Shown here: positions 11,001 through 21,436 of the stretch, piece after piece
How the letters are laid out: each line of letters starts with the position of its first letter
Position numbering within the stretch: the first letter of the stretch is position 1
Assembly: GCA_051546255.1 (NCBI GenBank)
Contig: CP128816.1
Location: 1,674,001-1,738,000, forward strand
Reading direction: 5' to 3'
Origin: Meyerozyma guilliermondii
Taxonomy: Eukaryota
Length of the DNA stretch: 64,000 nt
Notes under the pieces: generated by a model
What the model was told of the DNA's origin: nothing
The model's input: the letters and a program-made list of their open reading frames with translations, nothing else
Databases searched by the model: none
Program-made: the position numbers and the translations under genes

Positions 11001-13989
11001 TTAAAGACCTTCCAACCACTGGTTGTACCTTTCGAGGATTGAAACCTGCTTGACGGGGAGGGGCTACCACAGTAGGTTTTGAATTATGTGGCCTAACTTG
11101 CTGTGTTCTGTTTTCCAGCAAATCCTGGCGAATTGCTTCAAGACTTGCTGATTTGAATTGCGTTTGTGGAGGAGGTGGAGCAACAGGAGGCTGGGATGTA
11201 ATGACCCCAAATTTGGTCAAAGACTGCTGTTTGGGGCCATTCATTTGGTAACCATATCTTGTTGGCACCTGAACACTCTCGGGGGTCGGAGAAGCCAGTG
11301 GTGTTTTTGACTTTAGTGGATTACCTTCCTTGCTTCTTTGCTTCTGTACATCAACTATAATAGATTCAACAAGATCATAGTTGAATTCTTTGGCTGTTGA
11401 AAGAATCTTTAAACGCTGTTGGTCACTGAGCTTGTTATTAAACTTTTTTGCTTTGGCTCCATATCTAGCAAAACTTTCAATAAAAGCGTCGTCAATAGAA
11501 TATTGCAAATCTTTTGCTAATGCAAAGCCTTTGAAAACCAACTCAACACAAGAATTAAGAAGTGCCGGGTCACCAAGTCGTAACCACACTATCATGGAGT
11601 TAAAGGCATTAAAGAACACGGAAAACAAAGAGTTTCCCATTGACTCATTAATCGATTGAAGAACAAGCCTAAACGAGTCTAAAATTATGTGACTCAAGTC
11701 TAATGTGTCTCTTGCAAACTCAATGAGTTGATCCAAATGGTAAAAGTTTGCCCAGGCTAAGGTACGCTTGTATATCATTTCCAAAAAGAGCCAAGATGAG
11801 CTCCACAACTTACGGATATCACTGGCCCCACCTTCCTTCCCACCAGGATGGTTTGAAAAACTAAGGAGGTCGTTGAGAGGGTCAGTGAGAGCCTTGAATA
11901 CGTCCATTAGTATTCTGACAGTCTTAGGACACGACTCAAAAGCTTCAAGCTGCGCTAGCTTGCTTAAGTTGGTCGAAACGGCATTCAAAGTCTGTGAAAT
12001 ACTACATGTTAAAAGGGCTTGAATGGCTTCAAAGCGACCTCCCACACCCACGTCAAACATCTCGTATAGGATATTAACAGCAGATGCTGACAACAGAGAC
12101 GAGAAAAGGCAGGACCAGAAACCTGCTTGAGCATTCGTGTTGTTGAATATGGCACGTAGTTCATTCTGATCAGCCAAACTTGCCGTTTCGAGAAACCTGC
12201 GTACGTAGGAATTATACTCTTCCACCTGATTATTATGCTTGTGTCTGAAAGCCAAGAACTCTTTGTTTCTTGTGTTCTCTTGTTTCTTTTCCTCAAAACG
12301 TACAATCTGACAGGTATTGTTAAAGGCTCCAAGCCACGCGCCTATTAATTCAGGATGCAAATAGATTTTTCTTTCGACGGCCAGTCTGATCACTTCCATA
12401 AACGAGTCCGAATAAGTCGGGGTCTGCTGCAGTTGAATCAATTTACTGTTAACTGACAAACGACGACAATCATAAGATATAGAATCAAAAACCAATTGAC
12501 GAGGAATAGAGTGGATCTTGCCATCAAATGCATCCCCTAGTACAATGACAGACAAGCGTGTGATTGTGTTAGCGTGCTCATCAATTGCAGCTCTAACGTC
12601 TCGTCTTTTGACTAAGTCTGCTGTAGCTAAGTCTAGTTTCAGCTGCGAAGGAGTACTTGCGCCCTTGAGATTCTCGCGTAGAATATAACATGCCATGAAG
12701 GGAAGTAATATTGAGCTAGGATTTATGCTCACTTCTGGCCTCCATGTTAAAATGTCCGGTGAATGTTTGAATAAGAACTTGCTTAGTCTTATTGATGCAG
12801 TTTGATATTGTATGCCTGTTAATGAATCCAAGAAAGGAAGAAGCCAGTTGACAGCCAGTCCCGATACTCTATTTTCCGTTGTATCAAACAGTACTGGCTG
12901 AGAACCAAGGTATTCAATGTAGTGAGGATTGACCAAGAGGGTATCAAGAATATTGATGAAAATGTATGGTTTGATACTCTCCCAAAACTCACATTTGAGC
13001 ATGGATAATAGTTGCAGGAAAACCTTTAGAAGTATTGGAATAGGTTCATTGAGTTGTGCAAGTAAGTTGTTAGTGAACACTCGAAGTAATGGATAGAGTC
13101 GTATGTTTATGTGCTGACTCATGACTTCAATATCGTAAGGCGTGTTCCATTCAAGTAGTAATGATGATGGAGACAAGATGGGGATAAGTGCCAGACATAG
13201 CATCCAAAACTGAACGCAAAACTTTGGTGTGAAGTATTTTGCATCTTGTATCTTGTACAAATGCTTGCTGAATTCTCCAACAACCAAGCGACTCAACAGG
13301 TCTTCTGTATAAATGCGGCACTCTTTGGTTTTTAAAGATTCTAGCCATTCAAATGCCCACTTCTGTTCAAGCTCGGTGCCTTCTAATGCCAAGAATATAG
13401 TTCCAGACAACAAATGAGATGGAAAGTCCAAAATGTCATGATCCTGTAAATGCTGGAAAAGTTTCAGAAAATTCTGCTTCAAGCTTTGGTGAGATCTTAT
13501 AAGATCAGGGCATATGAGACACTCAGATATCCCATTGAATGGAAGGTCCAGGACAATAGTGTCTTTAAAAAAGAAAGTGATTTTGTCCTCTAGAGTCTTA
13601 GCCCGCCACGATAGTATCACATCAAGAAAGTGATGGACTTGCTTTACAGAAATAGCCCTTTTAATTAAAAAATCATGTCTCAATTGACTGATCCCTTCGT
13701 AAAATGCCACAGCACATTTCTCACATGAGGTTATGTATTCGGAGAACTTTGGCTTCAACCACTGAAGAACATTATTGTCTGTGAATGAGAATAAGATAAG
13801 GGCGTGAACTGCCATACGGTTCATATGGGGATCACAAAACCAATGTACGTTGTCTTGGTTGGTATATAAGTAGTTTACACAAGCTTTCAAAACGTTCTCT
13901 TGAAGAGCGCTGTTGGTAGCATCTTTATGAGAGTTTTCGATTTGATCTACCAACCCATCATAGCCCTCAGGCTTAGTGGAGTCATGCAT
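8086..13989 (-). CDS. SEN1: Sen1 superfamily-1 RNA/DNA helicase (transcription termination)
   Basis: 1967 aa. Sen1 N-terminal domain (HWFC), Walker A QGPPGTGKT, CAPSNAAVD, DEACQ, GDPKQLPP, QYRMHP and RRMNVALTRA. Confidence 0.97.
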   Translation of the reverse strand: MHDSTKPEGYDGLVDQIENSHKDATNSALQENVLKACVNYLYTNQDNVHWFCDPHMNRMAVHALILFSFTDNNVLQWLKPKFSEYITSCEKCAVAFYEGISQLRHDFLIKRAISVKQVHHFLDVILSWRAKTLEDKITFFFKDTIVLDLPFNGISECLICPDLIRSHQSLKQNFLKLFQHLQDHDILDFPSHLLSGTIFLALEGTELEQKWAFEWLESLKTKECRIYTEDLLSRLVVGEFSKHLYKIQDAKYFTPKFCVQFWMLCLALIPILSPSSLLLEWNTPYDIEVMSQHINIRLYPLLRVFTNNLLAQLNEPIPILLKVFLQLLSMLKCEFWESIKPYIFINILDTLLVNPHYIEYLGSQPVLFDTTENRVSGLAVNWLLPFLDSLTGIQYQTASIRLSKFLFKHSPDILTWRPEVSINPSSILLPFMACYILRENLKGASTPSQLKLDLATADLVKRRDVRAAIDEHANTITRLSVIVLGDAFDGKIHSIPRQLVFDSISYDCRRLSVNSKLIQLQQTPTYSDSFMEVIRLAVERKIYLHPELIGAWLGAFNNTCQIVRFEEKKQENTRNKEFLAFRHKHNNQVEEYNSYVRRFLETASLADQNELRAIFNNTNAQAGFWSCLFSSLLSASAVNILYEMFDVGVGGRFEAIQALLTCSISQTLNAVSTNLSKLAQLEAFESCPKTVRILMDVFKALTDPLNDLLSFSNHPGGKEGGASDIRKLWSSSWLFLEMIYKRTLAWANFYHLDQLIEFARDTLDLSHIILDSFRLVLQSINESMGNSLFSVFFNAFNSMIVWLRLGDPALLNSCVELVFKGFALAKDLQYSIDDAFIESFARYGAKAKKFNNKLSDQQRLKILSTAKEFNYDLVESIIVDVQKQRSKEGNPLKSKTPLASPTPESVQVPTRYGYQMNGPKQQSLTKFGVITSQPPVAPPPPQTQFKSASLEAIRQDLLENRTQQVRPHNSKPTVVAPPRQAGFNPRKVQPVVGRSLNSLKRKKDSDSEDDGDDDDDVDVSDLFVEKKKKAKIVELDINGRPVVKPSQLSKVDQKRKEEDNMRMRLNVNLKPLYSTILKWNFGSSDIYPTADTERYKETKGKYEDVKDYVKAMEPLLMLECWQGIISSKETSQELPFPMLVGSRTSVDGFFDVYASIEKKVLNDRKITDSDLLVLSYMDNALQRSEKELATHIKSSKSTTCLAKVREIKSANADYADVTLRVFPQGTMMGVLTPKSVVIGMKVMQMITIEREYLSLRGLEYYNLCPAILRAFPTGPIEVPKQKLNDVMNNYKVNESQANAIISTHNRSGFSLIQGPPGTGKTKTILGIVGYNLSQDVPLGLIEVDGQQGKPQTSSKILVCAPSNAAVDELVVRLRDGVFNFKGERITPSVVRLGRSDAVNSAVRDLTLEELVDKQLQTTVQHVARDPEVRAEHTKLVKERDSLRQSLQSTTLLDEEFTQMELRLREVNKKRNELAKKLDEQRENAAVAYRSRELERRQLQAKILNTSQIICSTLSGSAHDFLASLGITFEKVIIDEACQCVELSAIIPLRYGCTKCIMVGDPKQLPPTVLSQTAASLNYDKSLFVRMQEQFPDSAYLLDVQYRMHPDISRFPSAEFYRSRLHDGAGMLEKNTRPWHSEVPFSPYRFFDIVGKHQQHESSRSLYNRAEAQVVLEMVDHLMYMLPPKEFRGRIGVISPYKEQIRTLKDIFAKKYGRQIWNEVDFNTVDGYQGQEKEIIIMSCVRASETGNVGFLSDVRRMNVALTRARTTLWILGNQKSLMRNKVWSRLLQDASDRGLVSKAQPGFLKHGVNGIKKAQRQHTSKTNTLSSNDRSESDVISEPSLQVKAAHPLLNQMATAIVDKNKAVMDSSITSKTHDTNQEPKLKSSIFNQNQEKQKNSSEAMQGDPMNAIKKPYVAVSKPPPPKENENLIQSDERNASNIKPTTSGVLPKPKPKQAPSIFINNRKRRK

Positions 13990-14141
13990 GAGTGCTGGTG
14001 CACAAATTACTGAGAATAAAGTCTTCGCGCGTCTTCTGCTACTAATCGAAACTCCTATATGGAGGACGCAAAAGTTGCAAAAAACTAAAACTTTTACTAT
14101 GTAGGTTCAGGAACAAAGTAGATAGACAACGTTGCCGAAAT

Positions 14142-16682
14142 CTATAACAATGTAAGGTCTATATCTAAGTCCTTGGATGCTTGCATCCACGTATCTCCCG
14201 TTTCCCAGCAACGGTTCATTATCTGAAGACTTTTCGCTGCGTTGGTATTCCCTGTCTTTGCCATGTTCGTAAACCTCGTCTCAAACATATTTCGTGCTTG
14301 TGGATCCAAGGTGTCACATGCTGCACAAAAGAAACAGAAGATGGAGCAAGTTTCGGCAGTGGACCTGGGTTCGATTTTTTCGTCCAAGATTATGGCAATA
14401 CTTCCCGTTAGCTTTTGTATTATCGTGGATTTTCGAGGAATCAATAATGCCCGCCGGTAAAGATTGAGCAACGCCATTTCACAGAACACCTTGTTTGTGC
14501 AACGGAGAATCATATGTTGATCTATAAGCTTTTTGATTGTTTTGAGATGTCGTTTGTTGCTCTTGTCGTCATCGTTATCCTTGATTATATCTATGGTGAC
14601 ATCTCTTCTTCTTTCTCCAACCTCGTACGATCTCAATATTCTGTCTCGCAACTCAGATGCTCTTGTAATGATCAGGATGGGTAGATTGCCTTCCCCATTT
14701 TCTTGAACGTAAGACTCGGTCTCTCTAATAAGTAAAACAACATCTGAAAAAAGTGGAAGGAATTTGACGTCAAATCCAAGAAGATGGTCTATGTCTCGCT
14801 TGGGATCCAACGGGATGTGGTCTGTATCCTCCTCAGTTTCGTCAGCAAGTCTTGTCCCGTCGTCCATATAATTTCTCGTGGTGAGGTAGTTGTGGGAATT
14901 TTTTGTGGCAGATAATGCACCAATAACATCCAAGTATACGAACCATCTCATCAAGAAAAATGCAATGTCACTTTCTTGGCCAACTACCAGTCCTGGAGAA
15001 TCTGCACTTGAATCAGATTCTGGGCTGCTACCTTCTTCGATTCGTGGTAAAATAAGTCTGCGAGCCTTAACAATCTGTCTGGCCCCAACAGTGTGAGCTC
15101 TGGAACGCTCAAAATTAATTGAGTTGAAGGCTTCATAACTCGAAAGCATCAATACCGTAGCAAGGGTGCCGTCAGAAGTGGCCTCCTTCTTGTCCTTTAA
15201 CAGCTTTAAGAGCTCATTGCATGAGCGAGCCAAAAGTTGATCTATAATAACCTGCGGCACATCTCGAATTCCAGTTAACAGTGCCTTTGCAGATGCTGAA
15301 AATGCTAAAAGAGTGGTGAGAATTGCGGGATACTCCATGGCCATTTGAGGAAGAATAACTTTGAATGGATTGTCCAAATAGACATGGGATGGTGCAGGGA
15401 CCAAATGCAGTGAAGCAAAATGAACCCAAAAATGCATAAGGCTTCTGTAAAATGGCACTTGAAGTAGCAATTCGGGAAATGGAGTCAAGGGAGGTGGGAC
15501 CTGTGAAAATACTTCAGCTGGGGTGAAAGCGTGCGCTAGCAGAAGAGACTCATTTCCTTGGTTGAATTCATCTAGAGGGTACAGAGAGCCGTCCAATTCT
15601 TCGATCTTATCCTCTGTATCATCGTAGGCTCTTTTCCGAGTTCCTCCACGGAGAATGGTTCTCAATTCTCCCAGAAAGTCTGGAGTAAAGTTGGACGGTG
15701 ACTTGGGTATGAATGCTTCGATTTTGGCCAAGTCCTGGGAGTAGCTATTGAAATCGTATGCCTCGATTTGTTCTGTATTGCTGATGCCTGAGTCTGTTGG
15801 GTCAGTATCAGAAATGCCAGGTGTGGGACTTCTCTCTTCGAAGTTTTGAATGTAGTTATTGAGCATGCTGGAGTGACGAATGTTAAATTGGTGACTACGT
15901 CCGGATATTCGGTTAAGCGCATTGCTCAAAACTTCAACTCCATCTGAAATTTCCGGAAGTGATTCCACGAGAGACGACAGTATCGACATGGGAAAGTCAC
16001 TAACTTGCAGCGTGATAGAGTTTGTGGTCTGCATTTCTTGGTAGATGTTGTTGTGATCACTGAGTGCTTGGTCACTACCAGACATGTTTTGTTGAAGGGT
16101 GGACTCATCAAATTGTTTGAACAAGTTGTCGTCCCCAGTACCACCCATTGACGATTCGGGAAAGAAAGGAGGAAGTTCTCGAGTTTCTTTCTTGATTTTC
16201 TGTTGCTTGGCAGGAGGTGGAGGCAAAACATGGGGCCCTACGGTGTCCCTCGTGGCCAGTTCCTGAGGTGAATAGGTTGTAAATGGCAGTGAATCGACCG
16301 GGCTTCGGTAGTCCATAATTTTGAACGGATCATATCGGCCCTTCGGAGTATTTCCAAAGTCTTTTAAGCTGGTGGACGAATCAGATACACTTTCAAACTG
16401 AGGACTTCCATCATAGGTCTGTGAGTTTCCGATATGTAGACCATTGGTAGTTTGGAAGTTTTGAGTCTGGGATTGAGGCTCTGTTTTGATTGTCGTTTTT
16501 TTCTTTTCAGACTTGAACGGACGCCCGCCCCAAGTCAATTTCAATGAATAGTCACAGGTAACTTTCGATTTGGCACAATTGGAGCATTTTGGTTTTTCTT
16601 CATCACACTTGATCTTGAGCCTTTTGCAGTTATGACATCCTTTTCTGGATCGTGTGATTTTTTTCGTTTCCTTAGCACGCAT
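14142..16682 (-). CDS. Zn(II)2Cys6 transcription factor with fungal-specific TF domain
   Basis: GCHNCKRLKIKCDEEKPKCSNC...CDY binuclear cluster. C-terminal FLMRWFVYLDVIGALS and IDHLLG blocks. Confidence 0.9.
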   Translation of the reverse strand: MRAKETKKITRSRKGCHNCKRLKIKCDEEKPKCSNCAKSKVTCDYSLKLTWGGRPFKSEKKKTTIKTEPQSQTQNFQTTNGLHIGNSQTYDGSPQFESVSDSSTSLKDFGNTPKGRYDPFKIMDYRSPVDSLPFTTYSPQELATRDTVGPHVLPPPPAKQQKIKKETRELPPFFPESSMGGTGDDNLFKQFDESTLQQNMSGSDQALSDHNNIYQEMQTTNSITLQVSDFPMSILSSLVESLPEISDGVEVLSNALNRISGRSHQFNIRHSSMLNNYIQNFEERSPTPGISDTDPTDSGISNTEQIEAYDFNSYSQDLAKIEAFIPKSPSNFTPDFLGELRTILRGGTRKRAYDDTEDKIEELDGSLYPLDEFNQGNESLLLAHAFTPAEVFSQVPPPLTPFPELLLQVPFYRSLMHFWVHFASLHLVPAPSHVYLDNPFKVILPQMAMEYPAILTTLLAFSASAKALLTGIRDVPQVIIDQLLARSCNELLKLLKDKKEATSDGTLATVLMLSSYEAFNSINFERSRAHTVGARQIVKARRLILPRIEEGSSPESDSSADSPGLVVGQESDIAFFLMRWFVYLDVIGALSATKNSHNYLTTRNYMDDGTRLADETEEDTDHIPLDPKRDIDHLLGFDVKFLPLFSDVVLLIRETESYVQENGEGNLPILIITRASELRDRILRSYEVGERRRDVTIDIIKDNDDDKSNKRHLKTIKKLIDQHMILRCTNKVFCEMALLNLYRRALLIPRKSTIIQKLTGSIAIILDEKIEPRSTAETCSIFCFFCAACDTLDPQARNMFETRFTNMAKTGNTNAAKSLQIMNRCWETGDTWMQASKDLDIDLTLL

Positions 16683-16887
16683 TTTTAAATCAAGTAATTA
16701 GCATCAATATCCCTGAGACGAATCATACTCTTCAGTGCTTCGGTGGTGATGGAAGGCACCTCTGAGTGCCCGTTGATAAGGGTTATATGTAGGAAACGCT
16801 GCATGCGGCGACGCACCCACCTTCCTAAATAGGCATTGCCGCAGGTCTACAACGATACACGAACCCGCTTAAATATTTAAAGTATAG

Positions 16888-17928
16888 CTAATAGTCTCGG
16901 TCAAGTAACCCTCCTTCCTTACGCTCTGTGTCCTTGGTCGCATACTTTTTGCCAAAAAGTATTTTTAGCAATTTTTCATAAAGACGGAATAGGTATCCCG
17001 CGACGATAAATACCCCACCGATAATGGTAGCGAGGCGAGCCACAAACAGGGTGAACGGTATCCGTTTATCCGACACTATCAATTTTATAGCCTCGAACTC
17101 GTATTTGAAAAAAATTCCTGGCACGCCTTGGATACGACCGTTGGTGTTGAGCTCATATTTGCGGTGCAGCTCGGTGATGGAATATTGGTTGGTATCTACT
17201 TGTAATCCCATACGTTCGTAAAGTGTAGGCACCACCTTTGCGTAGTACTTGTACGCTTGAAAGTGGTCGTCAGTGGTTTTTCCGGTGAAATCAAGAGGAT
17301 TTTTGATCAATGGGTAGAATTCACCAAACGAAAACTCCGCTATAATATGGGAAAAATTGAGAGCTTGCGGATCTACATGTGCCCGATCTCGGTATCCCAT
17401 GCCCTTAGCGGTAATATGAAAGTCTCCACTGACTTGGTTGACAGGAATTGAGCCAAAAATATGGCATGCAGGCGCCGACTCGGCTTCATGATAACCTTCT
17501 CTATCGAATTCATACCGACCTGCTTCTAGCATTATTTCTTCCAATTCTGGTGTTTCGTAATCGGTGGTTGCGTCGTTCATACGGATTAAATCCGGCACGA
17601 AAAAATAACTTCCTTGAAAATTCAACACTTCGCTTGCAAGAAATCGGTCATCGGTGATGTCCATGACATTGGTATGAAGAAATTCACACGGCATCGCCAC
17701 CTTCATATCCAAATTTATACGCAAGTCTGAACGAACTTGGTCGTCTACGACGAACTGATGGTCAACATAGCCGCCAAGAAAGCCTCCTATTTGCACCCAC
17801 ATCACGAATAAAATGAAGACTACGGTCATGATTGTGGATAGCCCACCTCTTTGAGACCGAACAGCATGCTGTGAGTTGAGCTTCGGAAACGCGTCAAACG
17901 TTTTTACCCTAGTCGAGAAGGCGTCCAT
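16888..17928 (-). CDS. ERV41: ER-derived vesicle protein Erv41 (ERGIC2)
   Basis: Likely start MDAFSTRVKTFDAFPK at 17928. Two TM segments, CHIFGSIPVNQVSGDFHIT, NFSHII and PGIFFKYEF. Confidence 0.9.
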   Translation of the reverse strand: MDAFSTRVKTFDAFPKLNSQHAVRSQRGGLSTIMTVVFILFVMWVQIGGFLGGYVDHQFVVDDQVRSDLRINLDMKVAMPCEFLHTNVMDITDDRFLASEVLNFQGSYFFVPDLIRMNDATTDYETPELEEIMLEAGRYEFDREGYHEAESAPACHIFGSIPVNQVSGDFHITAKGMGYRDRAHVDPQALNFSHIIAEFSFGEFYPLIKNPLDFTGKTTDDHFQAYKYYAKVVPTLYERMGLQVDTNQYSITELHRKYELNTNGRIQGVPGIFFKYEFEAIKLIVSDKRIPFTLFVARLATIIGGVFIVAGYLFRLYEKLLKILFGKKYATKDTERKEGGLLDRDY

Positions 17929-18056
17929 GTCAATTCGTCCAGTTTCGCTCCGAAATCTGCTGTGCTGTTTTCGCAGGAATTTGAGCTGGTGAGAATGTTC
18001 CTGCATGCCTACAGTGATCTGGAGAAATTCATCCTTGCTCCACATCGCCATGAATA

Positions 18057-19475
18057 ATGACACCCATCGATGCATTTTCGGAAGACGAAAACATCCAGGA
18101 GCTTCAGTCATTGGTAGCAATATACCCTAGCACCAAGATCGATTTTGGTCAAAAGCTGGGCTCTCTAGAGATTCCTATCCAGTGTGATGATGAGGTTCAA
18201 GTTCAAGTAAAGGTCTTGGCCTCAAACCAAACTGTCCGCACAGCTGAAGTGAAGCACTTACCTGCTGTGATATTTCTGTTCAGTCTTCCTGAAACTTATC
18301 CTCATGAACTGCCCCCGAAATTCCTGGTCACTTGCTCGACTCTCTCATCTGACATATTACAAATGCTTCTGACAGAACTATACAATTTATGGGAGATGTA
18401 CCATGACCAGGTTATTTACAGTATGATTGATCTTTTGAACTCCAAACTCGACTCTCAACTAGATATCATGATTCCAGAGCTCAAAATTGACTGTGGGACC
18501 GACGAACAACGTTATCATGAATTCGAAGAATATAACCGATTGAAAAGCATGGATGTATTCAATTCGAACACATATTTGTGCCAGATTTGTCAAAATGACA
18601 TCAAAGGAATCAACTGCTCGAGGTTTGACGACTGTAACCATATATTTTGTAATGCTTGTCTTGAGGACTTTTTCAAGAGTCTCATTCTTGAGGGTGCAAT
18701 TGAAAAAGTACACTGTCCGGATTTCAGGTGCACTAGCAAGTCCGTCAAAGACCGAGACCAGCTCTTACGGCTTGACTCTCCGTTCAGCTCCAATTTTGAA
18801 ATTTTCAAGAACAAAGTTCTTAAACCTCCAATATCAATTGAACAACTTTCTCGCATATTGAATTCCGATGCATTGACATCACGATATCAAGAACTATTTA
18901 CCAAGCATCAATACGACGTCATAACCAAGCTATTTCCGAAAAGACTCATCCAGTGCCCAAGAACTGGCTGCTCAGAGCAGATATTCAGAGAAAACGTTAG
19001 TGACCCACTAGTAAGGTGTAAGCGATGCAAATACGCTTTTTGCAGCGACTGTCAGCATTCTTGGCATGGATCCTACAAAAGTTGCTCTTCGAAAGTTGTT
19101 GGAAAGTACGCTGGAATTCCAGTTGAGGCGCTAGATCAATGGCTCGAAATGTCAGACGATTCAATTGGTAAACGTAAGTTGGGATACCAATACGGCCGTG
19201 CCCTAATGAAAAAAACAGCAGATGAATACTTGATGGACCGCTTGTTAGATGACATGATAAATGACGGGTCTCTGGGCCTTCATCGCTGTCCAACTTGTGG
19301 CTTGATCATTGAACGATTAGACGGTTGCAACAAAATGTGCTGCTCTTCATGTAGAACCTTCTTCTGCAACTTGTGCGGATGTTATCTAGATCATGGTGAT
19401 CCGTATGGTCATTTTCGTGATCCTCGGAGCTCTTGCTACCGAAAGTTGTTCGAGGGAATGCCTGGAGTGGACTAA
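18057..19475 (+). CDS. ITT1: RWD-RING-IBR-RING (RBR) E3 ligase, Itt1/RNF14-like
   Basis: RWD domain (ELQSLVAIYP, LPETYP), RING1 (CQIC...CNHIFCNAC...HCP), IBR and RING2 (CPTC..IERLDGCNKMCC..C..FFC). Confidence 0.85.
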   Translation: MTPIDAFSEDENIQELQSLVAIYPSTKIDFGQKLGSLEIPIQCDDEVQVQVKVLASNQTVRTAEVKHLPAVIFLFSLPETYPHELPPKFLVTCSTLSSDILQMLLTELYNLWEMYHDQVIYSMIDLLNSKLDSQLDIMIPELKIDCGTDEQRYHEFEEYNRLKSMDVFNSNTYLCQICQNDIKGINCSRFDDCNHIFCNACLEDFFKSLILEGAIEKVHCPDFRCTSKSVKDRDQLLRLDSPFSSNFEIFKNKVLKPPISIEQLSRILNSDALTSRYQELFTKHQYDVITKLFPKRLIQCPRTGCSEQIFRENVSDPLVRCKRCKYAFCSDCQHSWHGSYKSCSSKVVGKYAGIPVEALDQWLEMSDDSIGKRKLGYQYGRALMKKTADEYLMDRLLDDMINDGSLGLHRCPTCGLIIERLDGCNKMCCSSCRTFFCNLCGCYLDHGDPYGHFRDPRSSCYRKLFEGMPGVD

Positions 19476-19539
19476 AACTTCATTCTCGAAGTAGACATTT
19501 ACTTGTGCGATATGAAAAATAAATAACGAAAAGTTAGAT

Positions 19540-21243
19540 CTAGTCATGTTTTGGTTGCCTGGGTGGGCGAGAGTATCGGAAACACTCTCTGGTAAGTCTT
19601 CGTCTTCTGAAATCGAATTGCTCATCCTTGTTTTCAATCATATCTTCGTTGTCGTACATCCACCCTTCATCTTCATCCTCTTTGATCACAAACATATTCA
19701 ATTTATCCCACGACCTTTCTTTTAAGAAGTTTTGAGGTTCTTTGTCAACATGCCAGTTATCAGCATAACTCATATCAAATTTCCAGTCTGGAGGAGGAAG
19801 TATTTTGTATAAGTGGTTTACGCCTTGAGGCTTCTTGCCAGCACTTCTAGTGGAATTCTTGACGTCGAAAGCGCTGCTGGTGAAACAATAAAAGGACCAT
19901 TCATTCTTTGTCAAACTCTTCACTTGTAGCTCGAAAATTTCACAGATTCTCACTTCAGGAGCATCGTCTATGATGATATCATTCCTGTCATATACTGCGG
20001 GCCCATCTTCATCTTTCTCTTCTTTCACTTTTTTCGGTTTAGCTGCTGCTTTTCTCTTCTTGTTCTCGCTCAAAGCCTTCAAATACTTTTTACTTCGTGG
20101 GTGACAAACTAGCACAATTGCCCAGCCCGACTGGATGAAGATGAGTCTCCAAGGAATAAACGTTCCTAAGAACAATATAATTGAAGTGGCCAAAATAACT
20201 CCATAGAACATGAATGTCGACAACCTCTCGTCCTTGAATCCTGCCGTTTGGTACCAAAATACTTCGGCAGCATCAAAACCTTGGAGTAAATCTGTGGTGA
20301 GATTTTGCAAGTCTCTCATATTCATCAAAAGCTTCATCTGAGACTTGACGTACCGAGCCTTCTCATCTTTTTTCACCTTTTCGTTGACATCGCTCGAAGA
20401 AGTCGAGAGAGCGGACGCAGATATTGGTGCCTGGGTAAATGCTGAAGAGGTGTCAGACGACCTTGAGCTGACTGGATCAAGATCGTTTTCTGCGCTTCGA
20501 AGAGTGCGGTCTTCAACTATATCGTCAACGATACTGGTCTCGTCCGAGGAAGAAAGAAACTCGAGAAGAGACTGACCCCGTTTTCTTACCTTGATCAACT
20601 CTGGAGTTTGCATAGGGTGACGATGAATGTAGCCCGGAATCATGATACCAAACAACAAGAATAGAAGAGGATAAGCAAGGACGAGATGAGGCCATAAGCA
20701 TGTAGCCGTGTAGAATACAAGAAACGTGAGTGTTTTGGAAGGGTGTCTCCAAGTGATTATATGGATCAATCCATATTGGACGGTAAAGAACCCTGTCATC
20801 CGGCCACTAAGTGCTTTGAAATTGCCAGCAATTACCAGTATTGACAAGCCGGGACGGTTCTTTCGATCAGGATCATTCACTCGTTGCAGCAAAAGTTCAC
20901 TGTCTGGGGTGTCCATGGCAATATTATTCTTGAGTAATCGTTCCATCAACTTGTCCACAAAATGGCCCAGACCTCTCTTTCCTTTCGAGTCTTCCGACGC
21001 AGAAGATGCCAATTCCTTGAGATTATCGAGCTCTTCTTCCGTATAAGGCACTCCTTCGGTGCTGTTCTCAGGAACTTTACCATCCTTTAATCGCTCCAAT
21101 CCGACTTCGAGCATAGCAGCGGCTGTGGTGGCAGCAACACCTCGATTTTGTCCTGGATGCTTTTCTGCTATACTGTTGGTATAGTCGTACATCTTGGAAA
21201 GCATCCGTGAAGTTTTTTCACGATAGTAGCTTTCTTTCTCCAT
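19540..21243 (-). CDS. PEX28: Pex24/Pex28-family peroxisomal membrane protein
   Basis: Pex24p-domain motifs (IITWRHP, LLMNMRDLQNL, FKDERLS) and a C-terminal dysferlin-like region (IFELQ, GWMY, RRRRLTR). Confidence 0.7.
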   Translation of the reverse strand: MEKESYYREKTSRMLSKMYDYTNSIAEKHPGQNRGVAATTAAAMLEVGLERLKDGKVPENSTEGVPYTEEELDNLKELASSASEDSKGKRGLGHFVDKLMERLLKNNIAMDTPDSELLLQRVNDPDRKNRPGLSILVIAGNFKALSGRMTGFFTVQYGLIHIITWRHPSKTLTFLVFYTATCLWPHLVLAYPLLFLLFGIMIPGYIHRHPMQTPELIKVRKRGQSLLEFLSSSDETSIVDDIVEDRTLRSAENDLDPVSSRSSDTSSAFTQAPISASALSTSSSDVNEKVKKDEKARYVKSQMKLLMNMRDLQNLTTDLLQGFDAAEVFWYQTAGFKDERLSTFMFYGVILATSIILFLGTFIPWRLIFIQSGWAIVLVCHPRSKKYLKALSENKKRKAAAKPKKVKEEKDEDGPAVYDRNDIIIDDAPEVRICEIFELQVKSLTKNEWSFYCFTSSAFDVKNSTRSAGKKPQGVNHLYKILPPPDWKFDMSYADNWHVDKEPQNFLKERSWDKLNMFVIKEDEDEGWMYDNEDMIENKDEQFDFRRRRLTRECFRYSRPPRQPKHD

Positions 21244-21436
21244 TTTGAATAATTAGGAACAGCAATCGGATGAAATGTCAAAATGTGGGGGAGTGCGAAC
21301 ATGTGAAGAGGAGGCAGGAAAGCGAACAGTGGAAAGAAATTTAGTCAGTAGTAGATACAAGTATATATATGGAAGGAACGATGGATAAGAAAACGAAATA
21401 TGCATTGGCGAGCTTTATTCACATATATCTCAAAAA

